The position numbers and the translations under genes were made by a program. A stretch of DNA of 54,509 bases from the NCBI GenBank assembly GCA_964366925.1, contig CAYIVX010000001.1, positions 1 to 54,509 on the forward strand. Direction: 5' to 3'. Each line of letters begins with the position of its first letter. Within the stretch, counting starts at the first letter, position 1. The notes beneath the pieces were generated by a model that saw nothing but the letters and a program-made list of their open reading frames with translations, ran no database searches and had not been told where the DNA came from. The stretch is from Candidatus Woesearchaeota archaeon. Its GTDB lineage: Archaea; Nanobdellota; Nanobdellia; Pacearchaeales; GW2011-AR1. Below, one piece after another: positions 1 to 8,147 of the stretch.

Positions 1-508
1 TTTCTTTACTTCCAGTATCTTCAACCATTCTTATTTTAATATAATCTACTTCATCAAGTTCTGATGCTGCTTGGGCTGCAAACATATTATCTAATCCAGG
101 GGCAACTCCTGCTTCTATTAATCCTAGAATATTGTTTTTTTCAAATTCTTTATGATAGTCTAATTGTTCCATTTTATAAGGAACTTTAGCTTTCGGGTCT
201 TTATCTAAATCCCAGAATGAAGCCGCATCCATATAATTTACTCCTGCCCCTGAACAAGATTTCATTATATTAAGATTAAATTTAGGTATAGCTGCGTTAA
301 TTACTACTGTGGGTTTTATTTTATTAAGATAGCCAACGAATTTTTCTTGGTCTAGTGCATTAAATATTTCAAATTGAACTTTTTTATTGTTTAATTTTTC
401 AAAGAATTTTAAATCAAGACAATATATTTTTTCAACTTTTTCTTCTTTCATAAGAAGCTTTACTAAAACTGAGCCTACTGCACCATAACCTATTACTAGA
501 ATTTTCAT
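1..508 (-). CDS. Saccharopine dehydrogenase-family NAD(P)-binding oxidoreductase (3' end runs off window)
   Basis: Own translation from ATG at 506-508: MKILVIGYGAVGSVLVKLL (GxGxxG Rossmann start) ... INAAIPKFNLNIMKSCSGAGVNYMDAA ... GVAPGLDNMF. The frame is open to position 1. Not in the ORF track because it is truncated. Confidence 0.6.
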   Translation of the reverse strand, partial: MKILVIGYGAVGSVLVKLLMKEEKVEKIYCLDLKFFEKLNNKKVQFEIFNALDQEKFVGYLNKIKPTVVINAAIPKFNLNIMKSCSGAGVNYMDAASFWDLDKDPKAKVPYKMEQLDYHKEFEKNNILGLIEAGVAPGLDNMFAAQAASELDEVDYIKIRMVEDTGSKE

Positions 509-559
509 GTTACTATTTTTCTTGCCTCTTTTTTGAATATAAATTTTAAATTTTAAAGA

Positions 560-1336
560 TTATAATTTGGCTAATTTTTTAACTGTTGTTCTATACTCTT
601 TTTCTAGGGCTGTAATTGTTCTAGTGATATTTGCAGATGGTGTGGCTGCGTTAAGAACTTGCAGTTTTTGTTCTATGAATGCAAGTCTTTGAGTTAAAAT
701 ATTTCTTTCAGCATCTCGACCTGCTCTTAGTCCTACATATTCTTGAAGTCTTCTATCAAAGGCTATTGCCGCTATTGCTAGAAGAATACCTATGGAATAA
801 GCTAGAACTCCGCCCTCACTTAATTCTGGAAGACGATCAAAAAACATGCCTATTAATATTGCGAGAAAAATTATCCAACCGAACTTTCTTCCAGCTGCAC
901 CTGGTACTGCTGAATGAATAAAATATCCAAATATTAGAAGATTCAAACCCATTGTTATTGCGATGGCTAATACGCTGTAGGGGAGAAGAACATATTGAAC
1001 AAATTGAAGCTCGGTTACATATCTGGCACCCATTATTGCTATTGCTACCGCAAGTATTACTCTAACTCCTGTCTTATCTTCAAACATAGAAACTTTTTCT
1101 AAAACAGTAAGAACTACAACAAAAGTTAATATTAGGAATAGGGATTTGGCAAAAAAATATTGGTCATAGGTTGAGGTATTTAACATTACTTCAAAAAATG
1201 GTCCTGAAAAATCTTGAATCCATTGTATAACTTGATTGGATCCTTGACGAAAATCTAAATAGCCGTAAGCACTAATTAGTGGAATAATCCACGATAGAAT
1301 TAGTAATGTTAATACTATGATTCCTGCTTTTTTCAT
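560..1336 (-). CDS. Polytopic membrane protein, unknown family
   Basis: 258-aa ORF with N-terminal anchor MKKAGIIVLTLLILSWIIPLISA, several hydrophobic spans and a C-terminal coiled-coil-like tail. Confidence 0.6.
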   Translation of the reverse strand: MKKAGIIVLTLLILSWIIPLISAYGYLDFRQGSNQVIQWIQDFSGPFFEVMLNTSTYDQYFFAKSLFLILTFVVVLTVLEKVSMFEDKTGVRVILAVAIAIMGARYVTELQFVQYVLLPYSVLAIAITMGLNLLIFGYFIHSAVPGAAGRKFGWIIFLAILIGMFFDRLPELSEGGVLAYSIGILLAIAAIAFDRRLQEYVGLRAGRDAERNILTQRLAFIEQKLQVLNAATPSANITRTITALEKEYRTTVKKLAKL

Positions 1337-1426
1337 ATTTTTCTAAGGTCTAGCTGGCTTTTAAATATTTCTAAATATTTTTTGTTTTAGCATAATCTTT
1401 ATAAATAACGATTCTTTCAATAAAAG

Positions 1427-2212
1427 ATGAATAAAAAAGGGTCGTTTGCAGAAGTTATTGGTGCGATTGCTTTAATTGGCGTGGTTCTTTTAGTTTTAGT
1501 TGCACTTGGTGGCAGTAGTGATAATAATGTTTTCACTAGATTATTTTCAAATATTGGATGGGATTCTTTAGGTAATGCTTTTGCATCTATGAATAATTTT
1601 TTAATTTCTGCTAAAGATGTGGTTATGAGCATTGCAGTTCCTGAATCGGCTGGTTTGGATGCAAATCAGGAAGTAATTGCACTTGCCGTATTTTTATTAA
1701 TGTTAATAATTGGTACTCATTCTTTGAACTTAGCTTTTCAAAAGCCAATTATGAGTTTTTTTATTGCGGCTTTGATTTCTTTAATTGCCTCAAGGGCATT
1801 AAGTGCAACAATTATTAATGATTACATTGTGGGTTCTCCTGTTGCAGCTGCTGCATTTATCGTAGGAATTATTCCCCTTTTCTTTATTTATGGGATTATG
1901 AATAAATGGGCAAGTGGGAAGATTTTTGTTAAATCTATTGTTTGGTGCATTTTGGCTGTAATTTATTTTATGGTTTTTGTTTATAGTTTTGGAAGTAAAA
2001 CTCTTGGAACAGTTTATGCTATCGCAATTTTAATTGCAGGAATTGTTGAACTTATAGTTCCTTATCTGGTTTATTCTCAAAAGTCAACTACTGCTAAAAG
2101 CATAGGGAAGTTTATTCGATTATCTCATGATGATTTATCTACCTGGGAAACTGCCTATAACACTGCAGCTACGGCAGGTACAAGAAAACCCAAGGCCCCT
2201 TGGGAATATTAA
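1427..2212 (+). CDS. Polytopic membrane protein, unknown family
   Basis: 261-aa ORF with an N-terminal TM, ~5 further hydrophobic spans and a polar C-terminal tail. Divergent from the 560-1336 gene. Confidence 0.6.
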   Translation: MNKKGSFAEVIGAIALIGVVLLVLVALGGSSDNNVFTRLFSNIGWDSLGNAFASMNNFLISAKDVVMSIAVPESAGLDANQEVIALAVFLLMLIIGTHSLNLAFQKPIMSFFIAALISLIASRALSATIINDYIVGSPVAAAAFIVGIIPLFFIYGIMNKWASGKIFVKSIVWCILAVIYFMVFVYSFGSKTLGTVYAIAILIAGIVELIVPYLVYSQKSTTAKSIGKFIRLSHDDLSTWETAYNTAATAGTRKPKAPWEY

Positions 2213-2246
2213 TTAACTTTTTAAACTTCTTAATTCTATTCACATT

Positions 2247-2972
2247 ATGAAAAAAGAGCAAGTAGTTATTTTGAGTTTAGTTTTATTTGCGTTAGCTCTT
2301 TTTTTAATTAATGTTCATACTGTTTTTGCAATAAGCATTAATCCAAATAATCCTGAAGATCCTCTTGGAATTGGGATTAATGCAGGAGATATTCCACAAA
2401 GTCCCGAAGACCTAGCGAATGCTTCTGCGAGTTATCTTGCTACAAGATGGAATAAATTTTTTACAGAGAGTGCAGTTTTGGGTCCCATTCATAGGGCATT
2501 TCTTGCTAATCCTCTTCCATTTAAAATTTTATTTAATGAACCCTATAGTTTTACACTTACTTTTTTCTGTATTTTAGTTTTATGGATATTTTTATTGGCT
2601 TCATTTGGAAATATTGTTGAAGCTTATTCTGGTTCTGGAATGATTGGAATTGTTGGTGGAATATTATTTTCAATAGTTTTTGCTCAAATTGGAGTTATTA
2701 ATAGTGTAGTTAAATTTTTTATCAATTATATTCTTATTCAAAATTCAGTCTGGGTAAAGGTACTTCTTTGGGTTGTGGCTTTTGTTATTCTAGCTTTAAT
2801 ATTTACTTTTGATTCTATGTGGAAAAAATCGATTCAGGCTTCTAAAAAACAAAATGAAAAACAAAGATTAAAGGAAAAAGTAGGGGAACATGAAGAAGTT
2901 ATTCAAGGAGTTAAACAAGTTATGAAAGGTGCTCGAGAAATGAAAGAAGGCTATGATTCCAATAAATATTAA
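2247..2972 (+). CDS. Membrane protein with signal peptide and K/E-rich cytoplasmic tail
   Basis: 241-aa ORF. Signal-like MKKEQVVILSLVLFALALFLINVHTVFA, 4-5 TM spans, tail KKQNEKQRLKEKVGEHEE. Confidence 0.6.
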   Translation: MKKEQVVILSLVLFALALFLINVHTVFAISINPNNPEDPLGIGINAGDIPQSPEDLANASASYLATRWNKFFTESAVLGPIHRAFLANPLPFKILFNEPYSFTLTFFCILVLWIFLLASFGNIVEAYSGSGMIGIVGGILFSIVFAQIGVINSVVKFFINYILIQNSVWVKVLLWVVAFVILALIFTFDSMWKKSIQASKKQNEKQRLKEKVGEHEEVIQGVKQVMKGAREMKEGYDSNKY

Positions 2973-2975
2973 TTT

Positions 2976-3122
2976 TTATTCCTTAACTTTTTTATAGCCT
3001 ATAATTCTTTTACTCTTGCTTTCTACTCGCACTTGCATTTTTGACAGAATAATTGAATTAGGTAAAAATGCAAATGCTCGCCTTCGTATATTGGAATTTC
3101 TTCGGCAGCATGTTTGTATTAG
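2976..3122 (-). pseudogene. Decayed partial duplicate of the 3' end of the 94-aa membrane protein gene at 4347-4631
   Basis: Nucleotide blocks 2971-3012 and 3077-3116 match 4342-4388 and 4392-4432. The shared C-terminal peptide is (K/R)RI(I/V)GYKKVKE. The copy is interrupted by a ~57-bp insertion and a frame change. Confidence 0.55.
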
Positions 3123-3124
3123 TT

Positions 3125-3232
3125 GGTATAAAATATACCTTTCGTAGGTATAAAATAATCCCAAAGAAAGATTTATAAGGTATAAAATATACCTTTTATT
3201 GGTATAAATTAGTCCAATAAGAAAGAATAAAA
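3125..3232. promoter_or_regulatory. Tandem 54-bp repeat (x2), each starting with palindrome GGTATAAAATATACC, directly upstream of the HEPN-like/MNT pair
   Basis: Unit 1 is 3125-3178 and unit 2 is 3179-3232. The 15-nt palindrome is identical at 3125-3139 and 3179-3193, and a GGTATAAA half-site recurs ~22 nt into each unit. The repeat ends 18 nt before the ATG at 3251. Confidence 0.6.
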
Positions 3233-3250
3233 ATAAATACTGTTAATAAA

Positions 3251-3679
3251 ATGACCTCTATAGAAGAACATAAGGAGAAGATAAGGGAGCATCTTGAAGC
3301 TATAGAAGAAGCAATCGAGAGAGGGGCTGAGAAGCGACCTGTAACAATCGGCTTTAATTGCTCTTCTTGTGCGATTCAGTTTCTTGAGCTTTACTTGCAC
3401 ATTGTGAATAAGATTCCTGTAGGGAAAATTATAAAACACGATTGGTTTAAAAGACCTCAAAAAGGCCAAAAAATAGAGCCTTTAGTAGAAAGAAAGTTAA
3501 ATGTAGATTTTTCGGATAAACAAGAAGTTTATAATGGGATTTATGATTTAGAAGAATTAAGAAATTGGCTTGTATACGGCAAGCCAGTAGAAGAACAAAT
3601 TAAGAGGACTATTTTAACTTTTAGGAAATTAAAAGATATTTTTGGAAAACTTTTTGAAAATGAAGGATTTAAAATTTAA
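3251..3679 (+). CDS. HEPN-like all-alpha protein (putative partner of the adjacent nucleotidyltransferase)
   Basis: 142-aa ORF overlapping the MNT gene. The helical sequence contains ELRNWLVYG, which resembles the HEPN RNxxxH region but lacks the His. The assignment rests mainly on gene context. Confidence 0.35.
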   Translation: MTSIEEHKEKIREHLEAIEEAIERGAEKRPVTIGFNCSSCAIQFLELYLHIVNKIPVGKIIKHDWFKRPQKGQKIEPLVERKLNVDFSDKQEVYNGIYDLEELRNWLVYGKPVEEQIKRTILTFRKLKDIFGKLFENEGFKI

Positions 3680-4292
3680 TAAAGAACTTTTAGGATATGC
3701 GGTATCTTTCGTAGGTTTTGCTCTACCAAAGCTCATGAACATCAAGGAAGTTTTTTTATTTGGAAGTGTCGCAAGAGCAGAAGCCGATGGCAAAAGTGAT
3801 GTGGATCTTTTCTTTAATATTTTATCGAAAACCACTGAAAAAAATATCGAAAAGGAAATTAAAGATATTTTAGAAGATTTCTATAAATCTAAAATTGCAG
3901 AGATTTGGAGATTAAAGGGCATAACTAATGAATTAAAAATTAACGTTGGTATATTAGAGGAATGGAAGCTTAAAAGAAGTATTATAAGTGAGGGCATTGT
4001 TTTATACGGAAAATATAAATCGGTTCCTGAAAAAATGCAAGGTTACACTATTTTTAATCTAGTTCCCATTAAAAATATTACTAAAAGAAATAATATAATC
4101 CGAAAGTTGTTTGGAAGAAAAGAAAAAAAATATATTTCCAATGGCTTTTTAGATGAAATTCGTGGGAAAAAACAATCGCCTTCTTCATTTATTGTTCCAA
4201 TAGAAGTTGTCAGCAAAACTATTAAATTTTTGAACGAGAATAAAGTAAACTATAAGCTTCTTGAATTTTGGACAGACCAAGTAGTCAGTTAA
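3642..4292 (+). CDS. Minimal nucleotidyltransferase (MNT/Pol-beta superfamily) domain protein with C-terminal extension
   Basis: Carries LFGSVARAEADGKSDVDLFF, matching the GSxxRGxxxxxSDxDL signature of MNT-type nucleotidyltransferases. 216 aa. Overlaps the upstream ORF by 38 nt (or 20 nt if it starts at 3660). Confidence 0.75.
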   Translation: MENFLKMKDLKFNKELLGYAVSFVGFALPKLMNIKEVFLFGSVARAEADGKSDVDLFFNILSKTTEKNIEKEIKDILEDFYKSKIAEIWRLKGITNELKINVGILEEWKLKRSIISEGIVLYGKYKSVPEKMQGYTIFNLVPIKNITKRNNIIRKLFGRKEKKYISNGFLDEIRGKKQSPSSFIVPIEVVSKTIKFLNENKVNYKLLEFWTDQVVS

Positions 4293-4346
4293 GTCGGTTT
4301 TAGCCGTAGCAATAATTTAGTTTCAATCGTAACTATTTTCTAATTT

Positions 4347-4631
4347 TTATTCCTTAACTTTCTTGTAACCCACGATTCGTCTTTTCTTACCCTCGCCTTC
4401 GTATATTGGAACTTCTTCTGCAATGTGTTTAACATTTCCAGATTTAGAGAATCCGCTATCGCTTAGAACAAAAGCAATTCCGCCTACAACAAGAACAATT
4501 CCAGCCATTACAGTATAAAGCATAGATTTTGCCCCTAGAAAAGTTAGCATAGGCACAATTTTACTGCTAAGAGCAATTACTGCTAAACCTACACCTGCTG
4601 CAGAATAACCAATAATATTTCCTGTTCCCAT
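4347..4631 (-). CDS. Small 3-TM membrane protein
   Basis: 94-aa ORF rich in G/A/V hydrophobic spans, with tail EGEGKKRRIVGYKKVKE. Its 3' end is duplicated at 2971-3122. Confidence 0.6.
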   Translation of the reverse strand: MGTGNIIGYSAAGVGLAVIALSSKIVPMLTFLGAKSMLYTVMAGIVLVVGGIAFVLSDSGFSKSGNVKHIAEEVPIYEGEGKKRRIVGYKKVKE

Positions 4632-4683
4632 CTTTTTATAATTTAGATTAGTTTGTTATATTTATAAAGGTTATCTTATCTAC

Positions 4684-4825
4684 CTCGCTTCGCTCGCTTT
4701 TTTATGTAAGGCTTCGCTTATTACTAATTCTTAATAATGCAATAAAACTGTATGGGAGCTGTTTTAACCTTTTTATGCTTGTTCTGCTCAAAATTTCTGC
4801 TTCCTAATTGTGATATTATTATAAT
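4684..4825 (-). repeat. Family-1 intergenic repeat, inverted copy
   Basis: The reverse complement contains GGAAGCAGAAATTTTGAGCAGAAC (compare 20436 GGAAGCAGAAGTTTTGTGAAGAGG). It also contains AAGCGAAGCCTTACATAAAAAAGCGAGCGAAGCGAG (compare 23883 GCGAAGCACTTATTTGAAAAAAGCGAGCCGAAGG). Confidence 0.5.
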
Positions 4826-4893
4826 TTTTTATTAATTGGCGCAAGCTAAAAATTAAAAGTTAGTTTTAAAAACTAAACTTGTTAATAAGGGGT

Positions 4894-5718
4894 ATGAGTA
4901 ACTATGATATTATTGGAAGTATTGCAATCGTTAAGTTTGCTGATGATGCCACGACTGATTTTAAAAATAAATTTGCTAATGATTTTTTAAAAGAACATGG
5001 TAATATTAAAACTGTTCTTGAAAAAACTGAAAAGGTTCATGGAAGATTAAGGACGATTAAAACTAATTTTTTGGCAGGGATTCCAACTTTAGAAGCTGAT
5101 TATAAGGAAAGTGGATGCAGATTTAAATTAAATCTTGAAACATGTTATTTTTCTCCTAGGCTTGCAAATGAAAGACTTCAGATTGCTAAGATGATTGGTA
5201 AACTTGTGAAAAAAAAGAAAAATGCAAGTGTCTTAGTTTTATTTTCTGGAGTTGCACCTTTTCCGATAGTTATTGCTAAATATGCTAAACCTAAACATAT
5301 TACTTCAATTGAATTGGGCAAGGATTGTAAAAAATATGCTATAGAGAATATTTATCTAAATAAGGTGGGGGATATTGTTGAGCATATTCAGGGCGATGTA
5401 AATAAAGTTTTGCCAAAACTAGCTAAAGGAAGGTTGAGTGTTAAGGGAAACTTGGTTCCCTTACATTTTGATGTTATTGTGATGCCTCGCCCTAATCTTA
5501 AGGATACTTTTTTGAAAGCTGCCCTTGGTGTTGCTAAGAAAGGAACGGAAATAATTTATTATGGATTTTTTCCTGAAGCTAAAAAGGATAAAATGGTTGA
5601 AGATTTAGTGAAAGAAGCTAAAAAATATAAAAGAAAATTAAAAATTGTTAGAGTCTTAGAAGCAGGTAATATTGCACCTTATGAGCATAGATATAGGGTT
5701 GAGATGAAGGTAGAATGA
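4894..5718 (+). CDS. trm5: tRNA methyltransferase of the Trm5/Taw2 (Met-10+) family
   Basis: Has CYFSPRLANERLQI (the FSPRLxxER motif), SAM-binding-like VLVLFSGVAPFPI, and FDVIVMPRPN. ATG at 4894 is preferred over the TTG at 4879 given in the track. Confidence 0.7.
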   Translation: MSNYDIIGSIAIVKFADDATTDFKNKFANDFLKEHGNIKTVLEKTEKVHGRLRTIKTNFLAGIPTLEADYKESGCRFKLNLETCYFSPRLANERLQIAKMIGKLVKKKKNASVLVLFSGVAPFPIVIAKYAKPKHITSIELGKDCKKYAIENIYLNKVGDIVEHIQGDVNKVLPKLAKGRLSVKGNLVPLHFDVIVMPRPNLKDTFLKAALGVAKKGTEIIYYGFFPEAKKDKMVEDLVKEAKKYKRKLKIVRVLEAGNIAPYEHRYRVEMKVE

Positions 5719-6198
5719 TTACATTCTTTTTGAAGTTTCTAATATTAGGCCGTGCAGATAATTAAGTCTTTTTTCATATTCTTTTGAGTGTCTTTCTTCA
5801 TTATAATGCGTTTGAACTATGCTCAAGCTTTCTTTTACCATTGGATCTTTAAGAAGAAAACCATATTTTTCTGATGCAAGTAATCCCATAATTCTTGTGG
5901 CATGAGAATCAAATTGACCATTTGTAGATAAACCATGATTTTCTACGACTTTTTTTAGATAGGTTATTCCTTCATTGAAGATACTGCCGCGGTTATTTAG
6001 CAGTAAAACATGAGGAATTAATTGGCAATAAAATTCAACGTTTTCTATGGCCATGAGTCCTGGATGTGAAGTTATTGTTTCAAGAGCTTTTCTAATATCC
6101 TCTTCGTTTTGAGAATGTAATTGTACAACTAGTTCTGATTCTTTTTTTCTTCTTTCAATTTTGGCATGGGTTTCTTCAGTCATGTTGTTATTAAACAC
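5719..6198 (-). CDS. Hypothetical protein
   Basis: 159-aa ORF with no recognisable motif. Its stop codon abuts the stop of trm5 (convergent, zero gap). Confidence 0.45.
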   Translation of the reverse strand: MFNNNMTEETHAKIERRKKESELVVQLHSQNEEDIRKALETITSHPGLMAIENVEFYCQLIPHVLLLNNRGSIFNEGITYLKKVVENHGLSTNGQFDSHATRIMGLLASEKYGFLLKDPMVKESLSIVQTHYNEERHSKEYEKRLNYLHGLILETSKRM

Positions 6199-6326
6199 CT
6201 TAGAATGCTAATGAATTATGTGAAATAATAGACGATTAGCTACAAAATAAGACCTAAAAAATGCTTTATAAACCTATCGTTAGTAAGATTTAAAAACCTA
6301 GTTTTGGAATAAGATTTTGGACTAAA

Positions 6327-6686
6327 ATGGAAACTTTAAGTAAACAGTATTTACATAATCAAAAGCAAATTCCTAGCTCTGTTTCTCTTGAACCCCATAG
6401 TTATGAAAGAGAAGTTGAGATTGTAAATACTTATGGGATACATTTTAGATCTGCTGCTTTATTTGTTAAAACTATTGAAAAACATGATCCAGATAATTTA
6501 GATGTGGCTGTTTTTCAAGGTAGAGCTAAGGTTGATGGAAAGAGTGTAATGGGTTTAGTTACTCTTGGAGTTACTCAGGGTCAATATTTAAAAATTCAGG
6601 TTAAGGGTAATGGAACAGCGGAAGCTTGTATGAATGATTTAGTTGCACTTGTAGAATCTGGCTTTAAGGAAGATGATGAAGCTTAA
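6327..6686 (+). CDS. ptsH: HPr-family phosphocarrier protein with ~28-aa N-terminal extension
   Basis: GIHFRSAALF aligns to the His15 region GIHARPA. DGKSVMGLVTLGV aligns to the Ser46 region (K)SIMGVMSLG. The C-terminal LVALVESGF is typical of the fold. Confidence 0.75.
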   Translation: METLSKQYLHNQKQIPSSVSLEPHSYEREVEIVNTYGIHFRSAALFVKTIEKHDPDNLDVAVFQGRAKVDGKSVMGLVTLGVTQGQYLKIQVKGNGTAEACMNDLVALVESGFKEDDEA

Positions 6687-6701
6687 TTTTTTAAAATATT
6701 T

Positions 6702-8021
6702 TTAGATTTCTTTTTTAACACTTATTGCTGTTGGGGCTTCACCGCCATGCCAGGTAAATCTAGGACGAACACGGATAGGATAAATTCTTTCAGAATTATC
6801 ATCTAGAATTATAGCTGAACCTTTCATAGATGGGAGTTCTGCCATATTTTTTCTGATGGATTCAAGAAGATAGGTCTGCATGATACTATTAAGTGCTTCT
6901 ATGTCTGGTTGAGCCGTTAGTCTATGGGCGATAACTACATCTGATTGAGTCATAGCATCTCTGTGAATAACTCCTGGCTGTTGTGTTGCCATGACCAGAG
7001 AAATCCCTGGCTGTCTTCCTTCTCTTAGAATTTGGATAAGTGCGTCTGTTGCCGCTGTTTTTTCATTTTCTTCTTTTCTTAGAAATTCGTGGGCTTCATC
7101 AACAAAAAGCCAAACCAGTGGAACTTCTTTTTTTTCTTTTACATTAAGATAATCAATTCCGTGTTGAAGAGAAATCATTTCTTCTTTTTTTCTGGCAAGC
7201 ATTCTTTCATTGAATATTTTTTTACATACTAATCCGATTACTAATGCACGAACATTAAAAGTTCCTATGGAAGAATAACAGCTTACGTCAAGTACTGTTG
7301 TTTCTCCCGGGGATATTAATTCTGAAATTGCTGTTCCTGTTTGTCCTTTTTTGGCAAATATTCCCCAGGTTTCTGCTGCTTCAAAAAGCGAGGCTGCAGC
7401 ATTTCTGTCTTTTTGCTCAGATTGCTTATCTTTCATAATACCTTCAATTATTGTGGTTGTATCAAAATCTTCATTCTCTTCTCTTAGATTAGCAATTACT
7501 TTTTGAATAATTATTGAAATTGGATTTGTAATTTCTAGATTAAAAGTTATAATCCAATCTTCTGCGGCTAACTCTGATGCTTTGATTGCAAATCTATTAT
7601 CCACGGGAATCTGTCGTTTTTCATATTCTTCAAAAAATCCATATGGTGCCCAAACTTTAACAGGCAGATTTTTTGGTTTTAAATTCCATTCTTGTAAAAG
7701 TTCAGAATCTTTTTCATTTTTGTATTTCATTGTCCAAAATATACCCATTGTATCAAAAATTATTGGTGCAATATTTTGTGAAATTTCTTTAGGTAAATCA
7801 CATATTTCTTCAGCTATTGCTCCAAGAGTGTAGGACTTTCCCGAACCGCGCTTTCCTGCAATCATTATAACATGGGAACGTGCAACGTCGAGCCAAATTA
7901 AATTAGAAAGGGAAGTATAATTTCCCATTTTAACATAACCTTTTCCAAGATAGATTAAACCCTCATTACCAAATTTTTTAATATCGGATTTATCTCGTCC
8001 GATAATTATATCATAGCTCAT
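6702..8021 (-). CDS. HerA/FtsK-like P-loop ATPase (DUF87-type)
   Basis: Walker A is AGKRGSGKSYTLG and Walker B is LVWLFVDEAHEFL. Also has REGRQPGISLVMATQQP. 439 aa. Confidence 0.7.
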   Translation of the reverse strand: MSYDIIIGRDKSDIKKFGNEGLIYLGKGYVKMGNYTSLSNLIWLDVARSHVIMIAGKRGSGKSYTLGAIAEEICDLPKEISQNIAPIIFDTMGIFWTMKYKNEKDSELLQEWNLKPKNLPVKVWAPYGFFEEYEKRQIPVDNRFAIKASELAAEDWIITFNLEITNPISIIIQKVIANLREENEDFDTTTIIEGIMKDKQSEQKDRNAAASLFEAAETWGIFAKKGQTGTAISELISPGETTVLDVSCYSSIGTFNVRALVIGLVCKKIFNERMLARKKEEMISLQHGIDYLNVKEKKEVPLVWLFVDEAHEFLRKEENEKTAATDALIQILREGRQPGISLVMATQQPGVIHRDAMTQSDVVIAHRLTAQPDIEALNSIMQTYLLESIRKNMAELPSMKGSAIILDDNSERIYPIRVRPRFTWHGGEAPTAISVKKEI

Positions 8022-8147
8022 TTTATTTTTACCTTCTTTTAGATATTATACTCAATATTTTGTTGTTTTTAATTGTTGTTGTGTTCATTTGAATATAGTA
8101 GATTTTAATTCCATAAGGTTTTTAAACAGACTAAATATATATTCTTC

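Noticed and set aside
3209-3469. 86-aa minus-strand ORF
   Set aside because: It is antisense to the HEPN-like gene and extends into the tandem 54-bp repeat. Likely spurious.
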